Source of the DNA: Octopus vulgaris | Lineage: Eukaryota | Length of the DNA: 64,000 bases | Reading direction: 5' to 3' | Assembly (NCBI GenBank): GCA_951406725.2 | Contig: OX597822.1 | Coordinates: 99,014,001-99,078,000, forward strand | Part shown: positions 13,150 to 25,788 of the stretch, piece by piece | Numbering within the stretch: the first letter of the stretch is position 1 | How the letters are laid out: each line of letters begins with the position of its first letter | Made by a program: the position numbers and the translations under genes | Notes under the pieces: generated by a model | Database searches by the model: none | Told to the model about the DNA's origin: nothing | Seen by the model: only the letters and a program-made list of their open reading frames with translations

Positions 13150-13424
13150 CATACATAAAAACATATATGTACGTACCTACATCTACATGTATATATACAT
13201 GCATATATAAATATATATACGTGTGTACAGGACACCACAAATAGATGTAGAACTCAACGAGAAACAAAAAGGTAAAAACAGCATGGAATGGACCATTTTT
13301 TTAACAACAAAAAAACAGAGTGCAAGACAACTACACAAGGAAAAATCCCCTTCATCAGCTGTCCCTAGATAAACTCCAGCGTGTTTCGAAGGTGAGGACA
13401 GAACACGTCTCGTCGAACTAGTCC
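13150..13424 (-). mobile_element. Dispersed repeat, probable PLE terminal remnant
   Basis: Homologous to 62510-62845; carries GAAACACG and CTGATGA motifs on minus; ends at (TA)n. Confidence 0.5.
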
Positions 13425-13443
13425 ATATATATATATATATATA

Positions 13444-13795
13444 GGTAGGGGGCTCCGAAAGAGGTCTCAGGGAGCAGAGTCCCTGCCTTTCTGAGCTAGT
13501 TTCCATCACATTTCTGAAAAAGCGTGGTAGAGGCCTTGGTCTTGGGGCTACTCATGTCTAGAAACTGAGGTTGGGAGTAAGCAAGGGCATGCTCCCTGTA
13601 GAAAATCCAGGTCCAAAAAAGCCTAATTATAGCAAAGGAGGATGGGCACCAGCCAGCCTGCCCAAAGGTTGGGGTAGGCTGCACCTGCCTACCTCAGTTG
13701 CTATCATATTGAGGTAGATCTGAGCCCCCCCCCCCTGTTAACGGGGATAAAACCCGGATTTAAAACACTGGATGATGATGATGATGATGATGATG
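13444..13795 (+). mobile_element. GC-rich retroposon 3' end with (GAT)n tail
   Basis: Ends ...ctgttaacggggataaaacccggatttaaaacactg(GAT)n, homologous to 34010-34070; contains gcaagggcatgctccctgtagaaa. Confidence 0.55.
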
Positions 13796-14130
13796 ATATA
13801 TAGATCTTTTATCTTTTTCTTGATTCAGTCATTGAACTGTGCTCATGATGAGGGTGGGGGTATGCCTCGAAGGGTTTAGTCAAAGGCTGGGTGATTTCTC
13901 GTGTGTTTAAATTTAATTTTGTATTTACATTATGCTATGGAACCTGAGCTACTATTTTTGTGTGCTGTCCTGTATAGAAAATTGATTTCTGATTTCTGTT
14001 GTAAGTGGGTTGGGTATTTATAGATTTTGTGGAAAAATTTCACATTTCTACATAAGAATTATGTCTACAATTGCTCTACATATCCTTATATTTTTACTAA
14101 AAATTTATATAGTATTATTATGAAAAAAAG

Positions 14131-14535
14131 TTGGAGTGGCTGTGTGGTAAGTAGCTTGCTAACCGAACACATGGTTCCGGGTTCAGTCCCACTGCATGGC
14201 ATCTTGGGCAAGTGTCTTTTGCTATAGCCCTGGGCTAACCAATGCCTTGTGAGTGGATTTGGTAGACGGAAACGGAAAGAAGCCCGTCGTATATATGTAT
14301 GTATATATATGTGTGTGTGTATGTGTTTGTGTGTCTGTGTTTGTCCCCCCTAGCATTGCTTGACAACCGATGCTGGTGTGTTTACGTCCCCGTCACTTAG
14401 CGGTTCGGCAAAAGAGACTGATAGAATAAGTACTGGGCTTACAAAGAATAAGTCCCGGGGTCGTGTTGCTCGATTAAAGGCGGTGCTCCAGCATGGCCGC
14501 AGTCAAATGACTGAAACAAGTAAAAGAGTAAAAGA
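14131..14535 (+). mobile_element. SINE family A, near full length
   Basis: tRNA-like head ggagtggctgtgtggtaagtagcttgc...ggttcagtccc; full 3' part. Confidence 0.9.
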
Positions 14536-14757
14536 GTATATCAATGTACTGCTAGGATGGACTTCTAATCCTTAAAAAGGATGTGAGGCTTCTAAAACTT
14601 AAAAACGGGGACATAATTAATACATTGAGTTGAAAAGATTTAATGAATTTAAATTACACCTGTAGTGAGTAGAAAACATCATTAGCTAAATAATTAATTG
14701 AAAACCTCCATCCAGCCATCCATCCACCCATCCACCCATCTATTCATCTGCCCACCC

Positions 14758-14852
14758 TGGCACCTTGGCCAAGTATCTTCTACTACACCTTCAGGCCAAC
14801 CAAAGCCTTGTCAGTGGATTTGGTAGACAGAAACTGAAAGGAACTTGTTGCA

Positions 14853-14901
<49 letters not shown>

Positions 14902-15144
14902 AATATGTATATGTATATGTATATTTTCTAGTGTTTGTATCTTTGAGTCTGTGCTTGTTCCCCACCACCATTTGACAACTGGTGTTGGCATATCTATGTC
15001 CCCATAACTTATGGTTCAGCAAAAAAGATCGATGGAATAAGTACCAGGCTTAAAAATGTACTGGGGGGAGGGGGCCTTTCATTTGATTAAAAATTTCTTC
15101 AAGGCAGTGCCCCAGCATGGCTGCAGTCTAATGACTGAAACAAG
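14758..15144 (+). mobile_element. SINE family A, older copy
   Basis: Diverged match to 14131-14535. Confidence 0.75.
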
Positions 15145-15328
15145 CATGTATATATATCTATATATCTGTACACATATACACATATATCCTATGAAAGCAT
15201 AATCTATCTATCTATCTATCTATCTATCTATATATGTATGTGTGTGCGTGTGTGTATGTATGTATGTATGTATATATGTATGTATGTATGTATCTATCTA
15301 TCTATCTCTCTCCCTCTCTCTCTCTCCC

Positions 15329-15377
<49 letters not shown>

Positions 15378-16119
15378 ATGTGTGTGTGTGTGTGTGTGTA
15401 TATCAGAAACTTTGGTTTAGCATTTCCTGTCATGATCAATAGTTTTGCTAAGAATTCAGTCTTCTTGGATATTCAATTATATACAAACAACTATAAACCA
15501 ACGATTAAGTCAGCTCAGAATTCTGAATTCTCAGAATTACTGCTTTATAATTAATAAATTAAAATGTTATTAATGTTTTATTTCATAACCTGAAAAACAA
15601 AAATGTAAAGCTAGAATAAAAAAAATATTGCAACAAGAAAAAAAAAAGGAAGAATTCAGATGTAAAACAAAAATACTAATAGAATATCCCAGCACAGAAG
15701 TAATAAAATTATTATTAAACAAAGAAATCTGTAAAATTTCAAGTAATTTTATGCATTAGTTTTTTTGGTTTTTTTTTTTAAGCTTAGTATGCAATAATAC
15801 TTTATCTTGATAATATTCATCTTTATTACTCTAGCCACAGTAGCAGTGGCAGTAGCAATGGTTTCTTGTATGGGTATGTGAAAAGAAACAAGTAGGAAGC
15901 TATGACGTCAGAGAGTCTTTCCCAAGAGCATTAGTAATGGAAGTGAAAAAGAAGCAATTGTAATAAGGATTCAGATGCAATATGTCAATTAATCTACTAT
16001 TGTACTGCTGTATCCATTACAATTATAGTAGTAGTAGTTGTAAGAATAGTTATCAATTCTGATGTGGGTATATAAGTCCATAAATATAGTAGATGTTATA
16101 TTGATCCAAATAATAATGA

Positions 16120-16338
16120 TAATCCTTTTGACTGTAGGCAAAAGCCCTGAAATGTCGGGGGAGGGGGTAAGTCAAATACGTTGACCTCAGAACACAACTG
16201 GTACTTATTTTATTGACACTTGAAAGGATAAAAGGCAAAGCTGACCTTGGTGGAATTTGAACTCAGAACATAAGGATGGGGGAAATTCTGTTAAGCATTT
16301 TGCCTAGCATGCTAATGATTCTGCCAGCTCACTGCCTT
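16120..16338 (-). mobile_element. SINE family B variant
   Basis: aaaggataaaaggcaaagctgaccttggtggaatttgaactcagaac; second copy at 16742-16945. Confidence 0.7.
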
Positions 16339-16346
16339 AAAGTGTG

Positions 16347-16445
16347 AAAGACTTACAGCACTAGGTTTCCCAAGTGGTCATCTAGCTAAATACTAATTAG
16401 GCTCTGTGTTTGGACGAGAACTGGTGCATTCAACATGATATGACT
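16347..16445 (-). pseudogene. 5S rRNA pseudogene with internal deletion
   Basis: Minus: gtcatatcatgttgaatgcaccagttctcgtccaaacac--agagcctaattagtatttagctagatgaccacttgggaaacctagtgctgtaagtctt aligns by eye with animal 5S rRNA; box A segment missing. Confidence 0.8.
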
Positions 16446-16491
16446 AATAATACTAACAACAACAACAACAATAATGATGATAATGATGATG

Positions 16492-16545
<54 letters not shown>

Positions 16546-16548
<3 letters not shown>

Positions 16549-16710
16549 TTCTTATGGTTTCTTAAACATTCACTAGTACAACACCAAGTACAAAGCCAAA
16601 TATGTGGCACCCTAGGCATAACACCAACATGAACTTCCAACTTGTCTCTTGAGGTCTCTGGGTGGGACTTGGATCCAACTTGTACAAATGTAAAGCAAAA
16701 GTCAAGTATA
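16546..16710 (+). mobile_element. R4/Dong LINE 3' UTR only, in (TAA)n
   Basis: Matches 50950-51100 (cttgaggtctctgggtg...aaagcaaaagtcaa); TAA repeats on both sides. Confidence 0.8.
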
Positions 16711-16973
16711 TAATAATAATAATGATGATGATGATGATGATAATCTTTTCTACTATAGGCATGAAAATTGGTGGGACTGGAAACTAGTCTGTTACATTGA
16801 CCACAATGTTCGACTGGTATGTATTTTATTGATACCAAAAGGATGAAAGGCAATGTTAACTTTGGTGGAATTTGCACTCAGAATGTAAAACTGGAAGAAA
16901 GCCACAAAGCATTTTGTTCAGTGCACTTATGATTCTGCCAGCTTAAGAAAAGACTGAGGCAAAGAATAAGCTC

Positions 16974-17118
16974 TTAACTCTTTGTCTCATTCTAAAAATC
17001 AGTTTAATTGGTAGCCCTCAAATAGGGACCAAATCAGATATTAAGCTGATATAAACAGATACTGTACTTTGATCACCCAGGGACAGCTTACAATTTGTTG
17101 TAACAAAACAAGGGTTAA
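16974..17118. mobile_element. Short TTAA-bounded (piggyBac-like) element containing a U2 fragment
   Basis: TTAActctttgt...acaagggTTAA; terminal repeats short and imperfect. Confidence 0.45.
16990..17074 (-). pseudogene. U2 snRNA fragment (approx. nt 25-107)
   Basis: Minus: gatcaaagtacagtatctgtttatatcagcttaatatctgatttggtccctatttgagggctaccaattaaactgatttttagaa; shows branch-pairing region, stem IIa/IIb and Sm-like site. Confidence 0.85.
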
Positions 17119-17599
17119 ATGATGATGATAATGATGATGACTCACTCACATCTACATTTGCACAGACACATACATGCACATGCAATGGGCTTCTTTTCGG
17201 TTTCCATCTACCAAATTCATTTACAAAACATTGATGTTGGTTTGTCTACATCCTCATAATCTAGCAGCTCAGCAAAAGAGACCAATAGAATAAGTACCAG
17301 ACTTTCAAAATAAGTGCTGTAGTTCACTTGTTCAACTAAAACCCTTCAAGATTGTGTCCTGCCATGACTGCTGTACAATGACTGATGAAAAGTAAAAGAT
17401 AAAGATGTGAAAAAATTCAGACATAGGCATAGGAATGGCTGTGTGGTAAGTAGCTTGCTTACCAACCACAAGAATTTAGAAACTTTGAGATGTATTAAGT
17501 AAGTGATTTTTAACAGTGGAACTCAGAGTAGCTAAAGCTATAATTAATAGTGTATACAATATTGGATAAAAAAAATCCCTTACTTAGGTAAAAATTCAA

Positions 17600-17672
17600 G
17601 GGCTGTTTATGGGACTTGAACCCACTCTTTCTATAAACATGGCAGACATTCTAACTATTATACCAAAGCAAT
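17600..17672 (-). pseudogene. Degenerate tRNA-like sequence or SINE head
   Basis: Minus A-box-like tggtataatagttag and B-box gggttcaagtccc. Confidence 0.45.
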
Positions 17673-18399
17673 GCTTCGAATTTTCTCCATCCGTCTTAGG
17701 AGTATTGTTCTTACCAGTGGTCAGTGTCAAAGTCTCTTTGATGCTCCTTCTCATTAATTAAATGGAGAGATGTTAATTTTGTGCCCTGTTACACATGCAG
17801 CTGTCAACTGGCTAAAACAATTTGATGTATTTGCTGCAACTCTAATGATGGTCATATAATTAAAAAAAAAATTCTTTGGATCATTAATCTCATTAATAAT
17901 AGTCACTTTCCTTGCTTACATATGTTTTACGTACATGACACTGAAGATAGGTTAACATGTGCTTTCATAGTAATTGACAAAGATGTGTTTTTCTTATGAC
18001 AGTTGATTAGATGAATTTGAAACAAAATTCTAGCATTTTCCAGCCACCAGTTAAATCTCTATGTAGAATCAGTTATAATATTTTATGAGTATTTGAAAAT
18101 ATTTTTGTTTATATATTGATATACTGCTTCTCTGCCGCTATAGAAACTCATTATTCATTATTCATTATTCTTTATAGTAGTTGCTTCAAATAAAATATAC
18201 ACACTTCATATGATAGAATGAGTACTTTCCACGTTTGTAAATATAAATGTTCATTGATAAGTCTTTAAGCAAATGCATGCATTCATACATAACACATCCC
18301 CCTCTTCATCATCATCATGGGCAAATTGTCGCCATTTTATATTTTTTATTTTGTGCATGCGCATTGTTTGTTTTTGATTTTGTCAACTGCATAGTATAG

Positions 18400-19100
18400 T
18401 AGGGTCAGTTGGGCACCATCTGTGAGAAAAACAGCACCATAACGCAATTCACTCTGCCAGAAATTTGGAAATGACATGCTATAGTGCTTGGCATTTGTGC
18501 CGGAGGATCAAATACAAATGTTTCAGAGTGTTTGAGTGTCGATCTGAGGACAGTGAAGAGGATTGAGGAAGAGTTGGATGAGTCTAATGATGATTACAAA
18601 GGTACAGCAGCTTGGAAAACTAACTCTGATCGTTCTAATAAGAAAAGAACTTCTGAATTTGTTGGTGAGATCCAGGCCATGATTGACAATGATCCCTCCA
18701 AGTCAATCAGGTAAATTGTCAGAGACATGGGAGTGTTTGAGCTTTTTTTATCAGGCAGGTAGTGCATGAAAGCATTCAGTATTCCTCATACAAGATGAAG
18801 AAAGGCCAAATTTTATTCCAGGCCATCAAGGAAAAGAGGTAAGAGTGCATTACAAAGCTTTTGGACAAATTCAAGCATCCTCTCCAACCAAACATGCTTT
18901 AATTTTTCTCAAATGAGAAAAATTTCTGCCAGAATCAGATGGCGAACACACAGAACAACCATTGGCTTGCTGTGTCTCCAAAACATGTACTGAGAGTGAT
19001 TAAAATCAAATATCTAGTCAACATCATGGTGTTTGGGGTGATCACTAGTGATGGCGACATCATGTTTCCGTTCAACTTCCCACATGGCCTCAGACTCAAC
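18400..19100 (+). mobile_element. maT/DD37D-like Tc1/mariner transposase pseudogene (N-terminal two-thirds)
   Basis: IDNDPSKSIR, FFSNEKNFCQ, NTQNNHWLA, IMVFGVITSDGDIMFPFNFPHGLRLN; stops and frameshifts. Confidence 0.85.
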
Positions 19101-19359
19101 TTAGTATACAGTCCTACAAATTATATTCACCTTGGACGGTCGTACCGATGATCGACAGGCAATTACATAAGTAGGATTACATCATTTGTTGATAGTGAAA
19201 CATGTATACGAATAATCCATATTTTTATTACTTTTTCTTTTGTCTTGCTCGATTATGTTTTGGTTGTTTTGCTAAATTTTTCTTGAGAACATTTCTTAGT
19301 GGTGAGACCGTAGTGGATCTATTTCTAGCATATGGGTGTCCACATAGTGGTTTCCCTCT

Positions 19360-19362
<3 letters not shown>
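19101..19362 (+). mobile_element. PLE-like terminal remnant with degenerate HHR (19140-19211)
   Basis: tcgta-CCGATGA-...-GAAACATGTA-tacga; T-rich tail ending at (TA)n. Confidence 0.6.
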
Positions 19363-19416
<54 letters not shown>

Positions 19417-20239
19417 ATACATATAATATATATATATGTATATATATCCATACATATAATATATATATGTATATATATGTATATTTATATATATTTATAC
19501 ATACATAGAGATATATTATATGTATATTGTATGTATATATATATATACGCATATATATACATATATATTATGTATATATATATATATGTATATATATATA
19601 TTACATATAATATTATATGTAATATAATACATATACATATCTAAACACACATACACACAAACACACACATGTATATGTTTATAAATGCATACTTAGTAGA
19701 AGTGAGAGAAAACAGAAGGTGATTCATAGAGATAGAGAAGGAAACAGTGAGATATAATGATTGAAATATTTGGATAGATAGATAAAGAGAGAGAGTGGGG
19801 AGAAAGAGAGAGAGTGGGGAGAAAGAGAGAAAGAGGGGAGAAAGAGAATGAGAGATAGAGAAAGAGAGAAAGAGAAAGACAGAGAAAGCGATTAAAGAAT
19901 TATATACTTTGAATAAATTCTGTAATGTGATGCCTTCCTTTCAATGGGCATTTTTTCTTAGTGCAGAACTCCAAATGGCATTATCTAATAACATCCTTAA
20001 TTTATGTTTTAATGGCAGAAAAATATGATTTTTCTGTCTCTGTGACTACACATATATTATTAATTCAATTCAATATTAGCTCAATTCCATTTTATAAGTA
20101 GAACCAAGATTTACGCCTACATGGGAACATAATTATATTATTCCATACAGAAATATCTTTTATTTTTAATGAATTCTGAAAAAGAACAAATATCCAGAAG
20201 AAAAATAAGGAACAAAAGGAAGAATTAATTTAATTTTTT

Positions 20240-20655
20240 TATCTTTCTACTTGTTCCAGTCATTGGACTGCAGCCATACTTGGGTACCCTGTTGAAATTG
20301 ATCCTGGTACTTGTATTTTAAATGTGGTACTTATTCTATCAAACCCTTCTGCCAAACTGCTAAGTTATGGGGATGTAAACAAACCAACACCGGTTGTTAA
20401 GCAGTGAGGTAGGGACAAATACAAAGGCGTACACACACACACACTCACGCACACATACACACACATATGTATATGTATGTACATATCCATGTATGTAAAC
20501 AACAGGCTTCTTCCAGTTTCCATCTACCAAATTTCACTCACAAGACATTGGTTTTACTGGGGTTATAATAGAAGGTGCTTGCTCAGAGTGTTGCACAATG
20601 GGATGGAACCTGAAATCACTTGGTTTGAAAGGGAGCTTCTTAACCACACAATCAT
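20240..20655 (-). mobile_element. SINE family A, old diverged copy
   Basis: ttgttccagtcattggactgcagccat...gctaagttatggggatgtaaac. Confidence 0.7.
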
Positions 20656-20719
20656 GCTTTTCAAAAATATTTGAAAATTATTCGAAATATTTTCTTAGTT
20701 CTGTCAAACAATTGTGGAA

Positions 20720-21295
20720 TCATCATCATCATTATCATCGTTTAACGTCCGTTTTCCATGCTAGCATGGGTTGGACGGTTCGACCGGGGTCTGGGAAGCC
20801 AGGAGGCTGCACCAGGCTCCAGTCCGATCTGGCAGTGTTTCTACAGCTGGATGCCCTTCCTAATGCCAACTACTCCGTGAGTGTAGTGGATGCTTTTTAT
20901 GTGCCACCGGCACAGGGGCCAGGGGAGGCTGGCAAACGGCCACAATCAGTTGGTGCTGTTACGTGTCACCGACACGAATGCCAGTCAGGTGGTGCTGGCA
21001 TCTGCCATGTTCGGATGATACTTTTTACGTGTCACCGGCACGGGTATCTGAACTACAATTCCATTTGACTTTTATTTTGATGTCGGTGTTGACGTACTTG
21101 GCTCAATAGGTCTCCTCAAGAACAGCGGGTCACTCTACGATCCAAGGTTAGAACAGCAGGCCGTCCTGCGAGCCATGAACTCACTTCATTTGTCGGGTCT
21201 TCACAGTCACAGCATATCTCAGAGGGCTTGGTCTTCGTCATTTCCTCTGTGAGGCCCCACCAGCACGGGTATCCCAACTACGATATCCATTCGAT
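20720..21295 (-). mobile_element. RTE LINE 3' end (end of ORF plus 3' UTR with gtgccggtggcac repeats)
   Basis: Minus 21260-21190 gives GLTEEMT.. RTE-like C-terminus, followed by the repeat seen at 52-322 and a (GAT)n tail. Confidence 0.7.
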
Positions 21296-21531
21296 TTTGG
21301 AATATATTCCAAAAATATCATTCATTACAGTTGATCTAAAGTAGAGAAATCTTTTGTTTCGTTCTGCTTCATTAAAGTTATTTGTTAATTTACATTATTT
21401 TTGTTTTTGATTTTGTTTTTGTTGTTATTTTCATGGTGCCAAGTGTATTGAGATTCCTGAAGAACTACATTAAATTATCTATAACTAACCGAGAAGAAGA
21501 AACAAATGCAGCTTAAGACCACTAATGCCAA

Positions 21532-21875
21532 CACCATCATCATCCGCAGCAGCAGCAGCAGCAGCAGCACCACCACCACCACCAGCGCCGCCACCGCTGC
21601 AACCAAACACTCGCCCCACCATCACCACAACCATTACCAGGTCTTTTGTGAAATTCTTTCCTTTATTTTTGCTATTGCTCACACACACACACACACACAC
21701 ATATGCATACATGCACACACATACACTACTACTACCACCACCATCACCACCACCACCACCACCACCATCACCACCACTGCAACCATTACTGCTGCTGCCA
21801 CTAATACCACCTTTAATGCCACCACCATCACCACAACCACCAAAACCATAACATTCATCACCACCACCACCACTT
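21532..21875. repeat. (CAC/CAG/CAT)n trinucleotide low-complexity tracts
   Basis: Direct inspection. Confidence 0.85.
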
Positions 21876-22409
21876 CTGAAGACATTAAATAGTTTTTAGA
21901 TAAACAAGAATTTAAAAAAACATCCAGCTGACAGAAAATTGAAGTCTTAATACTAACTAGGTTTATTGTATGCTCATTAATTAATTTATTAATAAATAAT
22001 TTGTATTTTGCGAGCAATGGTGTCAATGGACATTGATTTTCATTGAGCTAATAACTGGTCAGGTGCATTTCAGATGGTGAGAGTGTAAGGAAGTGTTTGT
22101 AACTCAATGTAGAAACAATAACTCATCATAGGTAGAATCTAAAGCTGGATGAGAAGAAGGAAGTAGGTGTGCAAGTAATCTCTTACAGCTGTTTCAAGAA
22201 TAGACGTGCAGGTGGTGCATTTCCCTGCAAGAAATTGGCAGCTTACATTATAGTGGCAATATATTCTATCACCTTTGAATAGATTTGGAATAGATTGCCA
22301 CTGTAGGAAATAATTAGTTTGCAGATCAAATACTTACCATTCAATTTCAAATCCAAATATGGTAAGAGAAAAATATCACAAAATAATAATAACAACAACA
22401 ACAACAACA

Positions 22410-24425
22410 AGTTTCCAGAAGAGCCGAAGGGATACTGTAAGGGCTCATATGGCTGTGAAGATCAGCTAATGATCAATAAAGCCAGAACTGAAGACAACTA
22501 TAGAAAAAAGAAGGGTCTAAATATGGTCTGGATTGATTACCAAAAGGCTTTTGATAGTATTCCCCACAAATGGATCCTAGAAACACTAGCCATGAACAAT
22601 GTAGCATCAATAATCATAAAATATATAACACATTCCATGAATAAATGGCAGACAGTGCCACAGCTCCAGACAAAAGAGAGACTCATAAAAACCAAAGCCA
22701 TCCCCATTAGAAGAGGAATATTCTAGGGAAACATGCTCTCTCCACATCTTTTCTGCTTGGCATTGACACCTTTATCTAACATGCTAAACAGAACTGGATG
22801 TGGATACAACTGTTACGGCAAAACAATCAGCCACCTCTTATATATAGATAATCTAAAATTGTACACTACAAATGATAAACAGGTGGAAATATTACTACAG
22901 ACAGTACATGGATTTACTAAAGAAATAAACATGAAATTTGGTTTAGAAAAATGTTCCAAAGCAACCTTGAAAAGACGAAAATTAGTTAAGAGTAGCATCA
23001 TCACACTAGATAAAGCAAATAAAATAAGAAAATAAGACCAAAGCCAGATATACAAATATGTAGGAATCAATGAACTAGATATGATACAACACACACAGAT
23101 TAAAGACAAAATTTGAAAAATATTACTATAGATGGTTTAGATTAATACTGAAAACAGAGCTCATTGCGAAAAACAAGATAATAGGTATCAACACTCTAGC
23201 TGTCCCTGTTATAAGTTACAGCTACAATATTCTTAAGTGGTCACTAAATGAACTAATCAAAATAGACAGGTAAACAAGAAAAATAATGACAGGATTTAGG
23301 ATGCACCACCTAAATCTGACACAGAAAGGTTATATATACAATGTATGGAAGTTGGTAGAGGGCTTATACAGCTAGAAAACTATTACAAAATAACCATCAT
23401 ATGACTACAAAATACCTACTTTAGAAGCAAGGAAAACTAATGCAAACAGACACAAAATACAAACAATACAAAAGACCGTTTTCAGTCTGTAAGGAAATTG
23501 ACAAATCCAAAACAGAAATCGTAGTACCTAACAACTATGAAGAAAAAGAAGAAACAACAAGAGCTATAAAACAACTGAAATCCAATCTAAAACTGGAGCA
23601 GCAATGGATCATGATAAAACGATGGCAAAAAAAGCCCCTTCATGGCGAATACTGGGTTAAACTAAATGCAAAAGAAATAGACAAAGCAAAATCCTAACAA
23701 TGGTTGAGAAGCTCAGGACTCAAAGCAGAGACTGAGGGATTTTTTATTGCAGCACAAGACCAAAGCCTCCCCACCAGAAATTACCAAAAGCATATAATGA
23801 AAAGAAATATATCAAGTAACAGCAGAATATGTGGAGATGGATAAGAAACAATAAATCATATTATCTCTGGCTGCCCAGTCCTAGCTAAGAAGAAATATAT
23901 TCACAGATACAACAGAGTTGGGATCTATATACACTGGGAGCTATGTCAACAACAGAAAAAAAGATGGTATAGGTACACACCAGAAAAGGTCACAGAAAAT
24001 GAGAAAGAAACCATACTGTGGGGTATGCCAATACACACAGATAGAGAAATTAAGGCAACAGGCAAGATGTTGTTGGAGATCATCAAGAAAAAAAAATGCT
24101 TTCTAATCGATGTATCACTACCAACAGATGACAATGTTTCTCTAAAAGAAATGGAGAAACTTTCAAAATACATAGACCTGGAAATAGAGGTAACTCAAAT
24201 GTGGTAAATTTATTATCATAGTAGGTGCACTAGGTATGATCAAAAAATATTCAGACAAATGCATAACAAAAACACCAGGACTAATATGTATATATAACTT
24301 ACAGAAAATAGCACTACTGGGCACTGCACGCATCTTATGTAAAACATTATCAATACAGTAACAATAAGAGCATCACAACAAACCACAGCACATACAGTTA
24401 GTAGTGCAGTTAAAGCATGTGACTA
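22410..24425 (+). mobile_element. Decayed R4/Dong-clade non-LTR retrotransposon (RT, CCHC knuckle, RLE)
   Basis: GSYGCEDQL, WIDYQKAFDSIPH, RGIF*GNMLSP, SHLLYIDN, FGLEKC, AAQDQSLPTRNY, ETINHIISGC, LIDVSLP..KLSKY..L; (AAT/AAC)n upstream, (TAA)n downstream. Confidence 0.92.
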
Positions 24426-24426
24426 G

Positions 24427-24479
<53 letters not shown>

Positions 24480-24480
<1 letters not shown>

Positions 24481-24558
24481 GGAGTCGGGAAGACACTCAG
24501 CAAGAAATGGAAGCAAATTTGAAAGAAGAAGAAAAACCCATAAATAATAATAATAATG

Positions 24559-24639
<81 letters not shown>

Positions 24640-25420
24640 ATTATTATTATTATTATAATAAAGAATCTACAAGAAAAAATAATAGCACTGCCAGTTGGAT
24701 TTTAGATAAGTTGAAGGAACTACTGAGTAAAGAAGAAAGACAAAGATTACCAGCACTAAAAGGTGTTAATAGAAGGAAATTGCTAGATATTACTAGGAAA
24801 TTAGGTGCTGCTATCAGTTGGGTAAATGCTAGAAATATAAGTACCCTATTGATTTATGCAAGAGGGGTAATAGTTACTAGTGGACTAGGTATTCCTTAAG
24901 AAATTACTAGGAAGGAGCAGATGCGGAACAGGAGATTAGAAAATAAAGTGAAAACTTTAAGCCAAGGTCAGAATAGAATAGGAGCCTGGAAATAGGACAA
25001 TTTAGGAAACACAAGATTTTAAAAACTTCTCTTGAGAAAAAAATACTTAGTCAAAGAGAAAAGATTTGGAATAGCCATGGAAGAGCTGAAACAGCATATC
25101 CTAGCAAGAGCAGGTAAGCTTTCCAGATATTAGAAAAGAATAGATCAGTACCAATAGAACAGATTGTTTGAGACAGACCAGAGGAGAGTTTATTGCCAAA
25201 TAAATAGTGTAGAAGAAACTACTGAAGATGAGAAGCTTAATGCAAAAGGAGCTAGAAAGTTTTGGATAATATCTGGAATAAGCCAGTTAACCATAATGGA
25301 AATGCTGAATGGTTAAAGAAAATGAAAGAGGCAGTTAGTGAAAAACAGCCAGGTCTAAAACTAGCTAGTGCTTTAATGAATAAAGTGTTAGGAAGAATAC
25401 TGAATTGGAAGGGTACAGGA
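24480..25420 (+). mobile_element. Pre-RT N-terminal part of another R4/Dong-like ORF
   Basis: RLPALK, NRLFETDQRRVY, FWDNIWNKPVNHNGNAEWL, NWKGTG; interrupted by (TAA)n/(TTA)n. Confidence 0.75.
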
Positions 25421-25466
25421 CTATATATATATATTTATGTAAGCATATATGTATGCAAGTATGTGA

Positions 25467-25788
25467 AAGCACGTGGCTTAGTGGTTAGGGCATTCGGCTC
25501 ATGATTGTAAGGTCGTGAGTTTGATTCCCGGCGATGTGTTGTGTCCTTGAGCAAGACACTTTATTTCACGTTGCTCCAGTCCACTAAGCTGGCAAAAATG
25601 AGTTGTACCTGTATTTCAAAGGGCCGGCCTTGTCACACTTTGTGTCCCGCTGAATCTCCCTGAGAACTACGTTAGGGGTACGTGTGTCTGTGGATTGCTC
25701 AGCCACTTGTACGTTAATTTCATGAGCAGGCTGTTCTGTTGATCGTATCAGCTGGGACCCTCATCGTCGTAACCAACGGAGTGCTCCT
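25467..25788 (+). mobile_element. tRNA/CORE-like SINE (family D)
   Basis: tggcttagtggttagggcattcggc head; gtgtccttgagcaagacactttatttcacgttgctccagtcc; diverged inverted copy ~29150-29430. Confidence 0.8.

Noticed and set aside
21485-22026. Poly-A/P/T/H ORFs resembling a transcription-factor low-complexity region
   Set aside because: Interrupted by (CA)n, no domain; trinucleotide repeats
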